35,329 bases of DNA from Corallochytrium limacisporum Hawaii (Eukaryota; Protista; Pluriformea). Position numbers and translations under genes: made by a program. How positions within the stretch are numbered: position 1 is the first letter of the stretch; each line of letters begins with the position of its first letter. The stretch spans positions 49,658-84,986 of the forward strand of contig PDIP01000098.1 of the NCBI GenBank assembly GCA_002811645.1, read 5' to 3'. Below the pieces are notes generated by a model. The model had not been told where the DNA came from. It did not search any database and saw only the letters and a list, made by a program, of their open reading frames with translations. Positions 21,223 to 29,739 of the stretch are shown here, piece by piece.

Positions 21223-22128
21223 ATGAGCGGAAGTTCGTGGACTTTGGTCCGGGTGTTAGTATATGTGGCTGCAGGGTTCCAGCTCACCCCTCTGCTGTTG
21301 CCGAAGTGGTACGCGTTGATCAATAAGGCAAACCTTGAGGTCAGTGAAGATCTTCAGGACCTCACACAGCAAGTATGTCGACGAATGGACGTTGATTCTA
21401 GTAAAGTACACATATACATGAGCAGCAACATTGCGGCCAGCACAGTTGGATCGCTGATGGTGCCTGAGGGGGTATGGATCGGCCTGCCCTTCTCCTATCT
21501 TGCGGCGGAACGGCCGTCTGTCTTTGACGACCATCCGTTCACGATGAATGGGAGACAGATTCCATGGAACAGCATACTGGGTAGGCAGGTTAAGGATTTG
21601 ATCACTCCTAGTCGACAGGCGCAGACCTTTGCCATAGCGCACGAATTGGCCCATGCGCGTGCGGAACATCCTCTGCAGGCGTACTCCCAGCTTAGTTTGA
21701 TGTATATCGGCGCATACCATCTGTGCAGACCATTGTACTATATGACAATCTTGCCACGGACAGGACCTCTGCGGGCAGGACCGCTCTTCTATGCTGGGTG
21801 TGCGATGAAGGGACTAACGCTGTCCCTCCTTTCATACTTCGCAGTGCTTAAGACATCGGCCGTAATTGGGAGAAACTATGAATTTGAAGCGGACGATGTG
21901 GCCGCTAATCAAGGTTTGTTGTACGCGGAGGGAGGGTATGAGCACTTAACGAAACATTTTCTCTTGATCCAGAAGATCACGGCCGCCCAGGAGCCCCTTG
22001 CCAACGAGAGTCCGGGATTTTTCGATCGCACAAGAGCGCGAATTTCAAAGTGGCTGCAGGCGCAGCTGACACGGCATCCTTCCGCTGAGCAACGCCTCCA
22101 GAGGCTTTCCGCCTCCCACGACATCTGA
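21223..22128 (+). CDS. TMEM177-like protein with intact peptidase M48 motifs
   Basis: WIGLPFSY, IPWNSILGRQV..LITPSRQAQTFAIAHE (TMEM177: VDW.S..G..L...L.LS..AQKFALARE), plus HELAH, EFEAD and HPS...RL. Confidence 0.75.
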   Translation: MSGSSWTLVRVLVYVAAGFQLTPLLLPKWYALINKANLEVSEDLQDLTQQVCRRMDVDSSKVHIYMSSNIAASTVGSLMVPEGVWIGLPFSYLAAERPSVFDDHPFTMNGRQIPWNSILGRQVKDLITPSRQAQTFAIAHELAHARAEHPLQAYSQLSLMYIGAYHLCRPLYYMTILPRTGPLRAGPLFYAGCAMKGLTLSLLSYFAVLKTSAVIGRNYEFEADDVAANQGLLYAEGGYEHLTKHFLLIQKITAAQEPLANESPGFFDRTRARISKWLQAQLTRHPSAEQRLQRLSASHDI

Positions 22129-22201
22129 CGCGTATGTAGTATATATAAACAACATAGATTCGTGAATGATCAAAAAGTGAGAATTGTAATGTACATATTG
22201 G

Positions 22202-23959
22202 TCAACCAGAAGTCGCAGAAGTACTTGCGATTGTAAACATGCGACCGCTACGCAATTCTGTAAGTACCGGAGCCTTAGTGATTCGACGCCATGGCCCGGC
22301 ACTCTCCTGGCCTAGAATGAAAACTTCGGTTCCCTCATCCTCAGGATCACTCAGGGAGACCCGTGGATCCCCTTCTACTGTTCTTGCCCAAACAATGCCG
22401 TTGTTATCAATGACGGTGACTTCTTCTCGCGTCTCTCCACATGCAGCGACTCCCACAGCCACAGTGCGAGCTGACCGTTCACGGCCGTCGAAAAAGGGAT
22501 CGATCTGTGCTTCGATGTGAACCCGGTCCGAGTCTACTGTTCGTTTCACGAGCACCAGTTGGCCGTCGGTGAAAACCAGACCACCAACCTCACCACCAAC
22601 ATCCAGTCCGACGATTTGGTCTGCCTTTGCGAGCACCAGATCCTGCACCTGCCGTGCACTTTTGTCCCCTTCTAGGCTAGGCACTCCCGTGACCTTTAGT
22701 TTTGTTAAAGCCCCTGCAGCCTTCTTTTCTCCGCCCGAAGCACCAGCTGCTGCGTGAAAGGGTACCTTTGACGGAACCGCGCCCATGACCTCAGCGGCGT
22801 TTGTCAGTAGCGATCCGGTCATGGCTTGAAAGGCGCTTTTGATGGCGCCGCCAATGGACGGAATATCTTCGTCAATGCGCCACCCTTCGCGTCCATCCAT
22901 GTCCAGGAACAGTGGTGTATCAAAGATCGCAGTCGGTGGCACAGCTGCAACAGGTGATCCAAACACCACGAGCGATGGCTCCATTTCGTTGGGCTGTGTG
23001 CCGATAGCCATCCCAAACCAATGACCCATACTTAGATGCTGTAGACGTTGACCGTCCAGGCACTTCAGGATCTGCGGCCGCAGTACCTTGGACACCGGCG
23101 CAGACTCACCTCCACCTGGTGGATGTATAATACCCCAAATGAAAGCACGTCCATGTGTCATAGACTCCTCTCCACAACTCTCACAGTAGACTATCGAGCA
23201 GAATGATCCACATGCCACCTTTTCAGGCCTCCAGCTGGCCTCATGACCTAGCATTTGCAGCTGATCAAACATTTGCATACGAGTCGGAAGGGATTCAAAC
23301 TGTTCGCTGCCGTCTCCAGTAAGTGCACTTCCCCAGCTCCACACTCCATACGATGCCTCATCAATGCGCTGACTGTCATCGGTTCCCAAGGCAAGGTTGT
23401 GAAAGAGGCCGCAGTTGACATCAAACATGCGGCAACTGCTCGTGATGCCCGGAATGGGGCGAGGAAACAAAACCTCGTCCTCTTCGTCCATCTGGTGGCT
23501 CTTAAGATTAGATTGCTCTGCCTTGCCAATTTGTCCAAAGAAATTCGATCCGAAAGCTACCAATTTACCGACCTTTGTGGACCCTGAGCCTTCGTCCACA
23601 ATGATGGCCATGACATGGTTCGCACCCAGTGAATATTTGATTGGTGACTTTTCAATTGCGTTCCCAGTATCGGGAGATGGCATTTGATCCTGATCCCACG
23701 CCTTCACTCGGCGCATTAATGGTTCCAATAACACGGGAAGTTCCACTCGCAATCCTGCAATGCCTACTCCCATCTGACCGTCCTTAGCATCACCCCACCC
23801 TAACACAAGGGGTCGATTCGGAGGCCATCTCTGTAGCACAGAATCAGATATTCCCTTCTGCACCAGACCATCATCTGTCACCTTCGCTGCGGCTCTGACA
23901 ACAGTGGTAAACTTTCGAACACACCGTCCGAGACACTCACGGCGCGGAGTGGTCCACAT
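22202..23959 (-). CDS. RCC1-repeat beta-propeller protein, probable mitochondrial presequence (RCC1L/WBSCR16-like possible)
   Basis: Repeats LGWGDAKDGQMG, AFGSNFFGQIG, VNCGLFHNLAL, VWSWGS, VACGSFCS, AFIWG, LSMGHWFGMA. Arg-rich N-terminus. Confidence 0.75.
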   Translation of the reverse strand: MWTTPRRECLGRCVRKFTTVVRAAAKVTDDGLVQKGISDSVLQRWPPNRPLVLGWGDAKDGQMGVGIAGLRVELPVLLEPLMRRVKAWDQDQMPSPDTGNAIEKSPIKYSLGANHVMAIIVDEGSGSTKVGKLVAFGSNFFGQIGKAEQSNLKSHQMDEEDEVLFPRPIPGITSSCRMFDVNCGLFHNLALGTDDSQRIDEASYGVWSWGSALTGDGSEQFESLPTRMQMFDQLQMLGHEASWRPEKVACGSFCSIVYCESCGEESMTHGRAFIWGIIHPPGGGESAPVSKVLRPQILKCLDGQRLQHLSMGHWFGMAIGTQPNEMEPSLVVFGSPVAAVPPTAIFDTPLFLDMDGREGWRIDEDIPSIGGAIKSAFQAMTGSLLTNAAEVMGAVPSKVPFHAAAGASGGEKKAAGALTKLKVTGVPSLEGDKSARQVQDLVLAKADQIVGLDVGGEVGGLVFTDGQLVLVKRTVDSDRVHIEAQIDPFFDGRERSARTVAVGVAACGETREEVTVIDNNGIVWARTVEGDPRVSLSDPEDEGTEVFILGQESAGPWRRITKAPVLTELRSGRMFTIASTSATSG

Positions 23960-24363
23960 GTCTTGGAATCACGTTCTCCTTCTAGTCCTCCGAGTACATA
24001 CTGATTTGATTGGACCTACGAACCCATGTAGATTAGTTTCATGATCATTCCTGTATTCTTCACGCAAAATGCGAAGGAGTCTTTAGAGCAGTCGATTGCG
24101 AATACACGTGAAGTCTCCTCGGCGACCGAAATAGCTTCCGGTCGTCTTTTCTCCCCCCAAACGACACTGCCCGTGTGAGCCCCTCCCCACGGAGGGAGGC
24201 AGGACTCGCGTAGGGACGGAGCTAGAGCGAGAACGACTACGTATGGCCCTGTTGCCGCTGACTTTGACATAGTCTCACCTGCGCCACTGGCAAGGAGTCC
24301 GGGGCTGGTTGTGTATGCGTTAAGTGTATAAGTTTACAGTATTAAATACCGGACTGCTATAAT

Positions 24364-26286
24364 CTACGCTTGCTCAACTTCATCGATGACCTCGCTTGGA
24401 TCTCTAGGAGACGTGTAGGACTCGTCAAAGAACTCGAGGTCGTTGCCTAGATTTGTTCTGGCTTGGCGGAGACCTTTAAGGAGACGGTCTTCAATCAGCG
24501 CATGGGCTGCGATGCAATCTTCTACGGACATTGCAGAAGGGCTCAAGTCCGGGTTCGCTGGATCGGCGTGTGTTTGAGGAAGTTTCCCCTCATTGCGCAT
24601 CTGCACCCAATGGTTGGCAAGAATGGTAGCAATATAACTCACCATACGGGGTCCAATACGTTTCCGGCCCATTCGCTGCTGCACTCTTTCCATAAAGTCC
24701 GGGTGCTCTGAATTAATTAGAAGCAGACCACCCTCGCGACGGCTGCGCTTCGAGAGGAGAGGATCCTCGCCTTCCACTGTCAAGTCCGCGACTCGAATTT
24801 CCAAGGGAAGCTGCTTTGGTAATTGTGTCTCCTGCTCCCCATGCACAGAACGAGGCTCAGAGGCTTTGGGCATCTTTTCAGGCAACCCCTCATCCCGCAA
24901 ATGTTTGTCTGATGTGCCGCTGTCAGCCTTCTCAACGACAATATCTTCCAGTTCCGAGTTCAATCTCTCATAAAATTTTCTTTGTCGAGTGCTACGTCGT
25001 TTCAGAAGAACATCCACGTTGCCAAACGTAGTCGCCATGATCTGGCTCATCCGCTCCATGGTCATGTCATAGCTTGCAAGCAACATACCGTCAAGTTTCG
25101 CCTTGAGGTCATCCTCCATGGAAAGAATGACATCATATACTTTCTTCCTCAGTACCGTGTTTCGATAGTCATTGCGTGTCAAAACAGGTTGCAGCAAATC
25201 ACCAGTTTCAATGTAGCCACAAATTTGCGGATGATTCCAAACTGTTGGTCCATACTTGGACTTGGCCATGAGACTTCGTACACTTGCCACCTCAGCAATA
25301 CGACGGCCCCGTGTAAAGAACCGTAGTCGATGCACCCAACTTTCTTTGCGAGAAATCTTGAGATACATGGTAGGCACACAGTATTCCGGGACTACATCGG
25401 TCCTTTGGCGCTCTTCATGGTGCTCACCTTCCCGTTCTAGTAGGACACTGAGCTCGTTTAAATCTGGTACTGGCACGATGTCACCAACATATTTGTCATA
25501 GTCGTGACCCTTGCAAGTCACAACCTTATTTTCGTCCAAAAGATGAAGATTGACACCCGACAGGGCGAGAATCCGTTCAAAGTGCCGGTCCATTTCTCTA
25601 GCGAGTATGTGGATCTTCAGGTTTGATCTATATGTCCGATGGATTCCCTTTACTTCAACAACCGTGCCGGCTCCTTTGTTCCGAAAATGCTGCTTTGCCC
25701 ACAAAGGAATTTTCTTTACCTCTTCTGCAAGATCACTTTTCTGTTCCACTGATAGGCCGTATGCATTTTCGAAGCCGTCTCTAGAACTTATAATGGTGAG
25801 CTTCTTCGCACACGCGCGAAAAGCATGAATTCCAAAGCCAAATCGTCCACTGAAAGCGGCATCCCCACGTTTACCACTTTTGCCAATATTCATCATCACG
25901 GCGTCCAGCTCATCCTTATTCATACCAACACCATTGTCATATACCCGAAAACTATCCTTGCTCGGAAGCTCAACCATGATCTCCTTTTTGCGTCCATCAG
26001 TTACAGGCACGTAGGAGTCAAAGGAGTTGTCCACATATTCCATCAGAATTCTTGGCAGTTGTGTATACTGATGTGCTATATTCTCCAACAGGGTGGAAAT
26101 GCTGCCAATTTTGAGCTGAATCTTTCCGTCCTCGCTGGCATATTGGTGTGATGTCGTTGTGAAAGGGGCGGAGACACCAATACTTCCCAGCCTAAGTGAC
26201 GAGCCGTAACTGTGGCGTGCCCGACATAATGTGCTGTAAAATGAAGGCGGTACCGACTTTCTGCCCAATATCCATACCCGATTCAT
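24364..26286 (-). CDS. GHKL (MORC/HSP90-like) ATPase, prokaryote-type architecture, probable mitochondrial presequence
   Basis: Bergerat motifs EYVDNSFD, DNGVGM, GRFGFG and GTVVEV; S5-like middle region; C-terminal LLINSEHPDF. About 50-aa Arg/Ser-rich acid-free N-terminus. ATG at 26286; the track starts at GTG 26319. Confidence 0.82.
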   Translation of the reverse strand: MNRVWILGRKSVPPSFYSTLCRARHSYGSSLRLGSIGVSAPFTTTSHQYASEDGKIQLKIGSISTLLENIAHQYTQLPRILMEYVDNSFDSYVPVTDGRKKEIMVELPSKDSFRVYDNGVGMNKDELDAVMMNIGKSGKRGDAAFSGRFGFGIHAFRACAKKLTIISSRDGFENAYGLSVEQKSDLAEEVKKIPLWAKQHFRNKGAGTVVEVKGIHRTYRSNLKIHILAREMDRHFERILALSGVNLHLLDENKVVTCKGHDYDKYVGDIVPVPDLNELSVLLEREGEHHEERQRTDVVPEYCVPTMYLKISRKESWVHRLRFFTRGRRIAEVASVRSLMAKSKYGPTVWNHPQICGYIETGDLLQPVLTRNDYRNTVLRKKVYDVILSMEDDLKAKLDGMLLASYDMTMERMSQIMATTFGNVDVLLKRRSTRQRKFYERLNSELEDIVVEKADSGTSDKHLRDEGLPEKMPKASEPRSVHGEQETQLPKQLPLEIRVADLTVEGEDPLLSKRSRREGGLLLINSEHPDFMERVQQRMGRKRIGPRMVSYIATILANHWVQMRNEGKLPQTHADPANPDLSPSAMSVEDCIAAHALIEDRLLKGLRQARTNLGNDLEFFDESYTSPRDPSEVIDEVEQA

Positions 26287-26959
26287 GATAGCCTGTCTTG
26301 TTGATTCCTGCTTTGGCACCTACATGGTAAGTAGTCTATCTAACTCTAAAAAGTGCTACGCCAACACGACCAATCTAGCAAAACAGAATTCGTAGGCGGG
26401 TCAAACGTGTTCAGGAGTTTCCATGTCTTCCTCAAGTTCCACTCACATAAGATCAACCGTTTGAATAGACTTCAACTTTTAAGAAGTCTCCCACCTGACA
26501 TAGCCCTTGCTGCCGGTTAGTCACAAATGCCAGCCGGTTGGGTCTCAACTGAGAGCCCGCCGGACCGCTTCCCTCAAACCACTCCCGCCTAAAAGTCTGG
26601 CGCAGAAATATTACCGCGTAAGACACAGCCAGCCAGGAAATGGACTCCCATTCCTGTGCTCGGCCTGTACGGACGTGGGTCGACTGGGCCCCAAGGCGCA
26701 GGTGGGTCTCATGTGCCGGCCAGGGAAACGACAGAGAGCGGGTCCGATATTGCCGCTGCACCACCGTCTAATGCACTCTCGGGCAGGAAAGTGCAATTAC
26801 CATACCGTCGGATATTTCAATGAGCTCGCCTGAAGTAATACAGGTAAAGAAATGGTTGTGATAAACTTGATTGGCATGTGACAGAGAGTGGAGAACTGTC
26901 TAGTTCCACACGACGGGGACATCACGCAATGGACTTCGTAACGTAACGAAAATGAAACT

Positions 26960-28570
26960 ATGTTAGGTAGATCTTTTAGTTTGAGCCGTGTTGGTGGAAA
27001 TCGCGTCCCCAATTATACGGCCGCTGTCTGCCGGGCATATTGTAAAGATCACAAAGGCTCTGGTCAGGATACGGGGAAGTTGGTGTACGGAATGGTGGTC
27101 GCGAAACCAAAGCAAAAATATGAGGTGCAGCCACGGAACCCGTTCCGAATCAAGAATGAAAAGTTTGTCCAGGCAACAAAGAAACAGACACACAAGAACA
27201 GCCTCAAGATGGGCGGAAACAAACAAAATCTTTCCAAAAAGGGACAGCAAACGCCCGGTCAACACGTTCGGCATGAACTTAGGCAAGCGGATGCTTCCGG
27301 TGACGTCCTGAAGATTGGTATGGAGAACTGGCACTGTGACAGCTGTGGAACGGTAAACACGGACTCCATGAGTCGAAAATGCGGCCATTGCAAGGCCCAA
27401 AGGCCCATGCACCTCGGGAACAAATGTAAATCATGCAAGCAACCCCTTTCTGTAGATTGGACAGGAAGGTGTCCTGCGTGCGGTGTGGATCATCCCCTCA
27501 GCAGGCAGGATTTTCCACACAGAAATTCTTTCTCTGATCTTACAGGACATTTGCCCCGCATGGTGGAGCTGTATGTGGGATTCCAAAAGATTTTAAAGAA
27601 GGCCCAGCAGCATTTGTATCTTATGCCAAACGTACATGATCAAGGCGATTTGGATGACGGGGCGGTTCCTCCAAGTCTCACGGTTAGCAAACAACATGAG
27701 CAACAGAGCCACCGCGCAGAACAAGAGTCAGCACGGGGTGTCTTGACAATGCTGAGACCCTGGGTGTGCTTTAGCTGCGGTATGGTGAACCCCGATGCGG
27801 ATCTGACACCGGAATGCATTGCTTGCGGACAGAATGACAGCGAGCAAGCGGCCTCCTTAGCGGACGTTGATCTGAACAGAATGAATCTTACTATGAACGA
27901 AGATCCTTATGATCCGTATCCAGTGATATGGAGGTGTCCACGGTGCGCAACAGTGCACAGCAAACGGGTCGTGACCAATGAAATTGCTCCTTTGCCTCGG
28001 CACGCTGACGATATCTCCGAAGACTGTACCGAAGTGAGTGTGGTGGAATCCAACGATTCTCTGCTTGCGGAGCAAATGTCACCCATTGCCGAAGCTCCCT
28101 CCGCAGCGTGCTCTATTTGTGATACAGGAGTATCAGTTGGATCATGGATCTGCTTTCAGTGCTGGAATCCGCAACCGGCGCACACCAGCCGATGCCAGTT
28201 CCAGGGCTGCGGCGCCCTACGCTACTTCCGCGGGACACAGTGGATGTGCACGTCGTGCCAGAACATTACGAAGGCACCACAAGCTCAGTGTGACCACTGT
28301 GGATGCGACGCTGAGGCAGTACAAGCTGGGCATGGATGGACCTGTCATCCATGCGGTGCATTTAATTTGGCTTGGGATACCTTCTGCCATCAATGCAGAC
28401 AGTTTCGACCGGACGGATTCGAAGTGCGGGAGCGAGCAAAGTCTAGAGGACGGGCCCAAGCAAAGCGGCCCTTTAATCGCCAATTGTCATCAAAGAATGG
28501 AGAAAGTGATGGCAATGTAGGGGACACAGATGGTGAGAACGGCTTTTCCGGACCACTCTTTGGACGGTGA
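26960..28570 (+). CDS. Multi zinc-ribbon (RanBP2-type) protein, possible mitochondrial presequence
   Basis: W-x-C-x2-C...C-x2-C modules: WHCDSC..CGHC, KCKSC..CPAC, WVCFSC..CIAC, WRCPRC....CSIC, WICFQC..CQFQGC, WMCTSC..CDHC, WTCHPC..CHQC. Confidence 0.8.
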   Translation: MLGRSFSLSRVGGNRVPNYTAAVCRAYCKDHKGSGQDTGKLVYGMVVAKPKQKYEVQPRNPFRIKNEKFVQATKKQTHKNSLKMGGNKQNLSKKGQQTPGQHVRHELRQADASGDVLKIGMENWHCDSCGTVNTDSMSRKCGHCKAQRPMHLGNKCKSCKQPLSVDWTGRCPACGVDHPLSRQDFPHRNSFSDLTGHLPRMVELYVGFQKILKKAQQHLYLMPNVHDQGDLDDGAVPPSLTVSKQHEQQSHRAEQESARGVLTMLRPWVCFSCGMVNPDADLTPECIACGQNDSEQAASLADVDLNRMNLTMNEDPYDPYPVIWRCPRCATVHSKRVVTNEIAPLPRHADDISEDCTEVSVVESNDSLLAEQMSPIAEAPSAACSICDTGVSVGSWICFQCWNPQPAHTSRCQFQGCGALRYFRGTQWMCTSCQNITKAPQAQCDHCGCDAEAVQAGHGWTCHPCGAFNLAWDTFCHQCRQFRPDGFEVRERAKSRGRAQAKRPFNRQLSSKNGESDGNVGDTDGENGFSGPLFGR

Positions 28571-28922
28571 AGGAGGCGAGTTGGGGATGAAACCACGGAC
28601 ACTAGCGATCAGCCCACTGACCCAACCCCCTCCCGGCTCCCTCCTCTCCCTCCGCCTTCACACCCCTTCCCCCTCCCTGACGTAGGTGGCTTTTTGTTCA
28701 CAACCGCGGGACTGACAGGACCCGCGGAGGTTCCAATTGTTGATCTTGTGTTGGCAAGATTGGGTTCGTTCAATTGCAAGACAAGCCACCATTGGCCATC
28801 TTAAGGTGTTTCACCAAGCTGCTCATGAGACAATCAACGTACAAGTAAAGACCCTCTTTTTTGAGATAAAGAACTAATTCAACAAACCAAGATCTACTTT
28901 AGTTTTGGAAATATTCATTCAG

Positions 28923-29636
28923 ATGACGGATTCAGGAATATCAGCTGCGGCCGCACGGGCCCATGACGTAAAATCTGTGCTAGAGGATGAAGAAGACGGA
29001 AAAAGAGCCCTTCATGTCCTGGTTGCTGTGACTGGTTCTGTGGCCAGCGTGAAACTACCTTTGTTGGTGGATTGCCTCTCTGCGACATTCAATACACGAA
29101 TGCAAGAGCAGCGCAGTACCTTGAGGAATAGATTCCCTAGTGGGATCAAGGTACGAGTCGTCACCACAAGTTCAGCACAGCATTTCTATGATAAAGGCGA
29201 AGTTGAACAGAAAATTGGAGCACCCATTTGGAACGACGAGGACGAATGGTCTATGTGGCAAAGGATGGGTGATCCAGTGCTGCACATTGAGCTGCGTCGG
29301 TGGGCGGACGTGTGCCTCATCGCACCTTTAGATGCGAACACTATGGCAAAGATGGCAAATGGTATGAGCGACAATCTTATCAGTTGCCTCACCCGTTGTT
29401 GGGATTTCACTCTGGCACCGATGATCGTGGCGCCAGCGATGAACACCTTAATGTGGGAGAGTCCGTTCACGGCACAGCATTTGGAGAGGCTGAAGGAAGT
29501 TGGAGCCGATGTAATTCCACCAATATCTAAAACACTGGCCTGCGGTGACACCGGTGTCGGTGCCATGGAACAGGTGGACAAGATAGCCTCCTACGTAATT
29601 GACAAGGCAGAGTCATGGCCTTATCACGGAATGTGA
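28923..29636 (+). CDS. PPCDC: Phosphopantothenoylcysteine decarboxylase (HFCD flavoprotein, CoA synthesis)
   Basis: VTGSVAS, VLHIELRRWAD (catalytic His), APLDANTMAK, PAMNTLMW, KTLACGDTGVGAM (catalytic Cys). ATG at 28923. Confidence 0.95.
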   Translation: MTDSGISAAAARAHDVKSVLEDEEDGKRALHVLVAVTGSVASVKLPLLVDCLSATFNTRMQEQRSTLRNRFPSGIKVRVVTTSSAQHFYDKGEVEQKIGAPIWNDEDEWSMWQRMGDPVLHIELRRWADVCLIAPLDANTMAKMANGMSDNLISCLTRCWDFTLAPMIVAPAMNTLMWESPFTAQHLERLKEVGADVIPPISKTLACGDTGVGAMEQVDKIASYVIDKAESWPYHGM

Positions 29637-29739
29637 TGAAGTCTACGTTTCTCTATAAATATGCAAGTAACAATGTATATCTGTATCATAGTGACTGTCT
29701 CAAGGTGCAACCGTCTCTAAACAGGAATCGGTGGGGATT

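Noticed and set aside
22126-22236. Possible TGA-C readthrough of TMEM177 ending in -LRL
   Set aside because: Context is not TGA-CTA, LRL is not a canonical PTS1, and the extension overlaps the convergent gene.
26453-26833. Cys-containing small ORFs between the GHKL and zinc-finger genes
   Set aside because: No coherent domain; better explained as a bidirectional promoter.
28034-28106. GTGAGT...CCGCAG possible intron inside the split zinc finger
   Set aside because: 73 nt; removal shifts the frame and destroys the downstream fingers.
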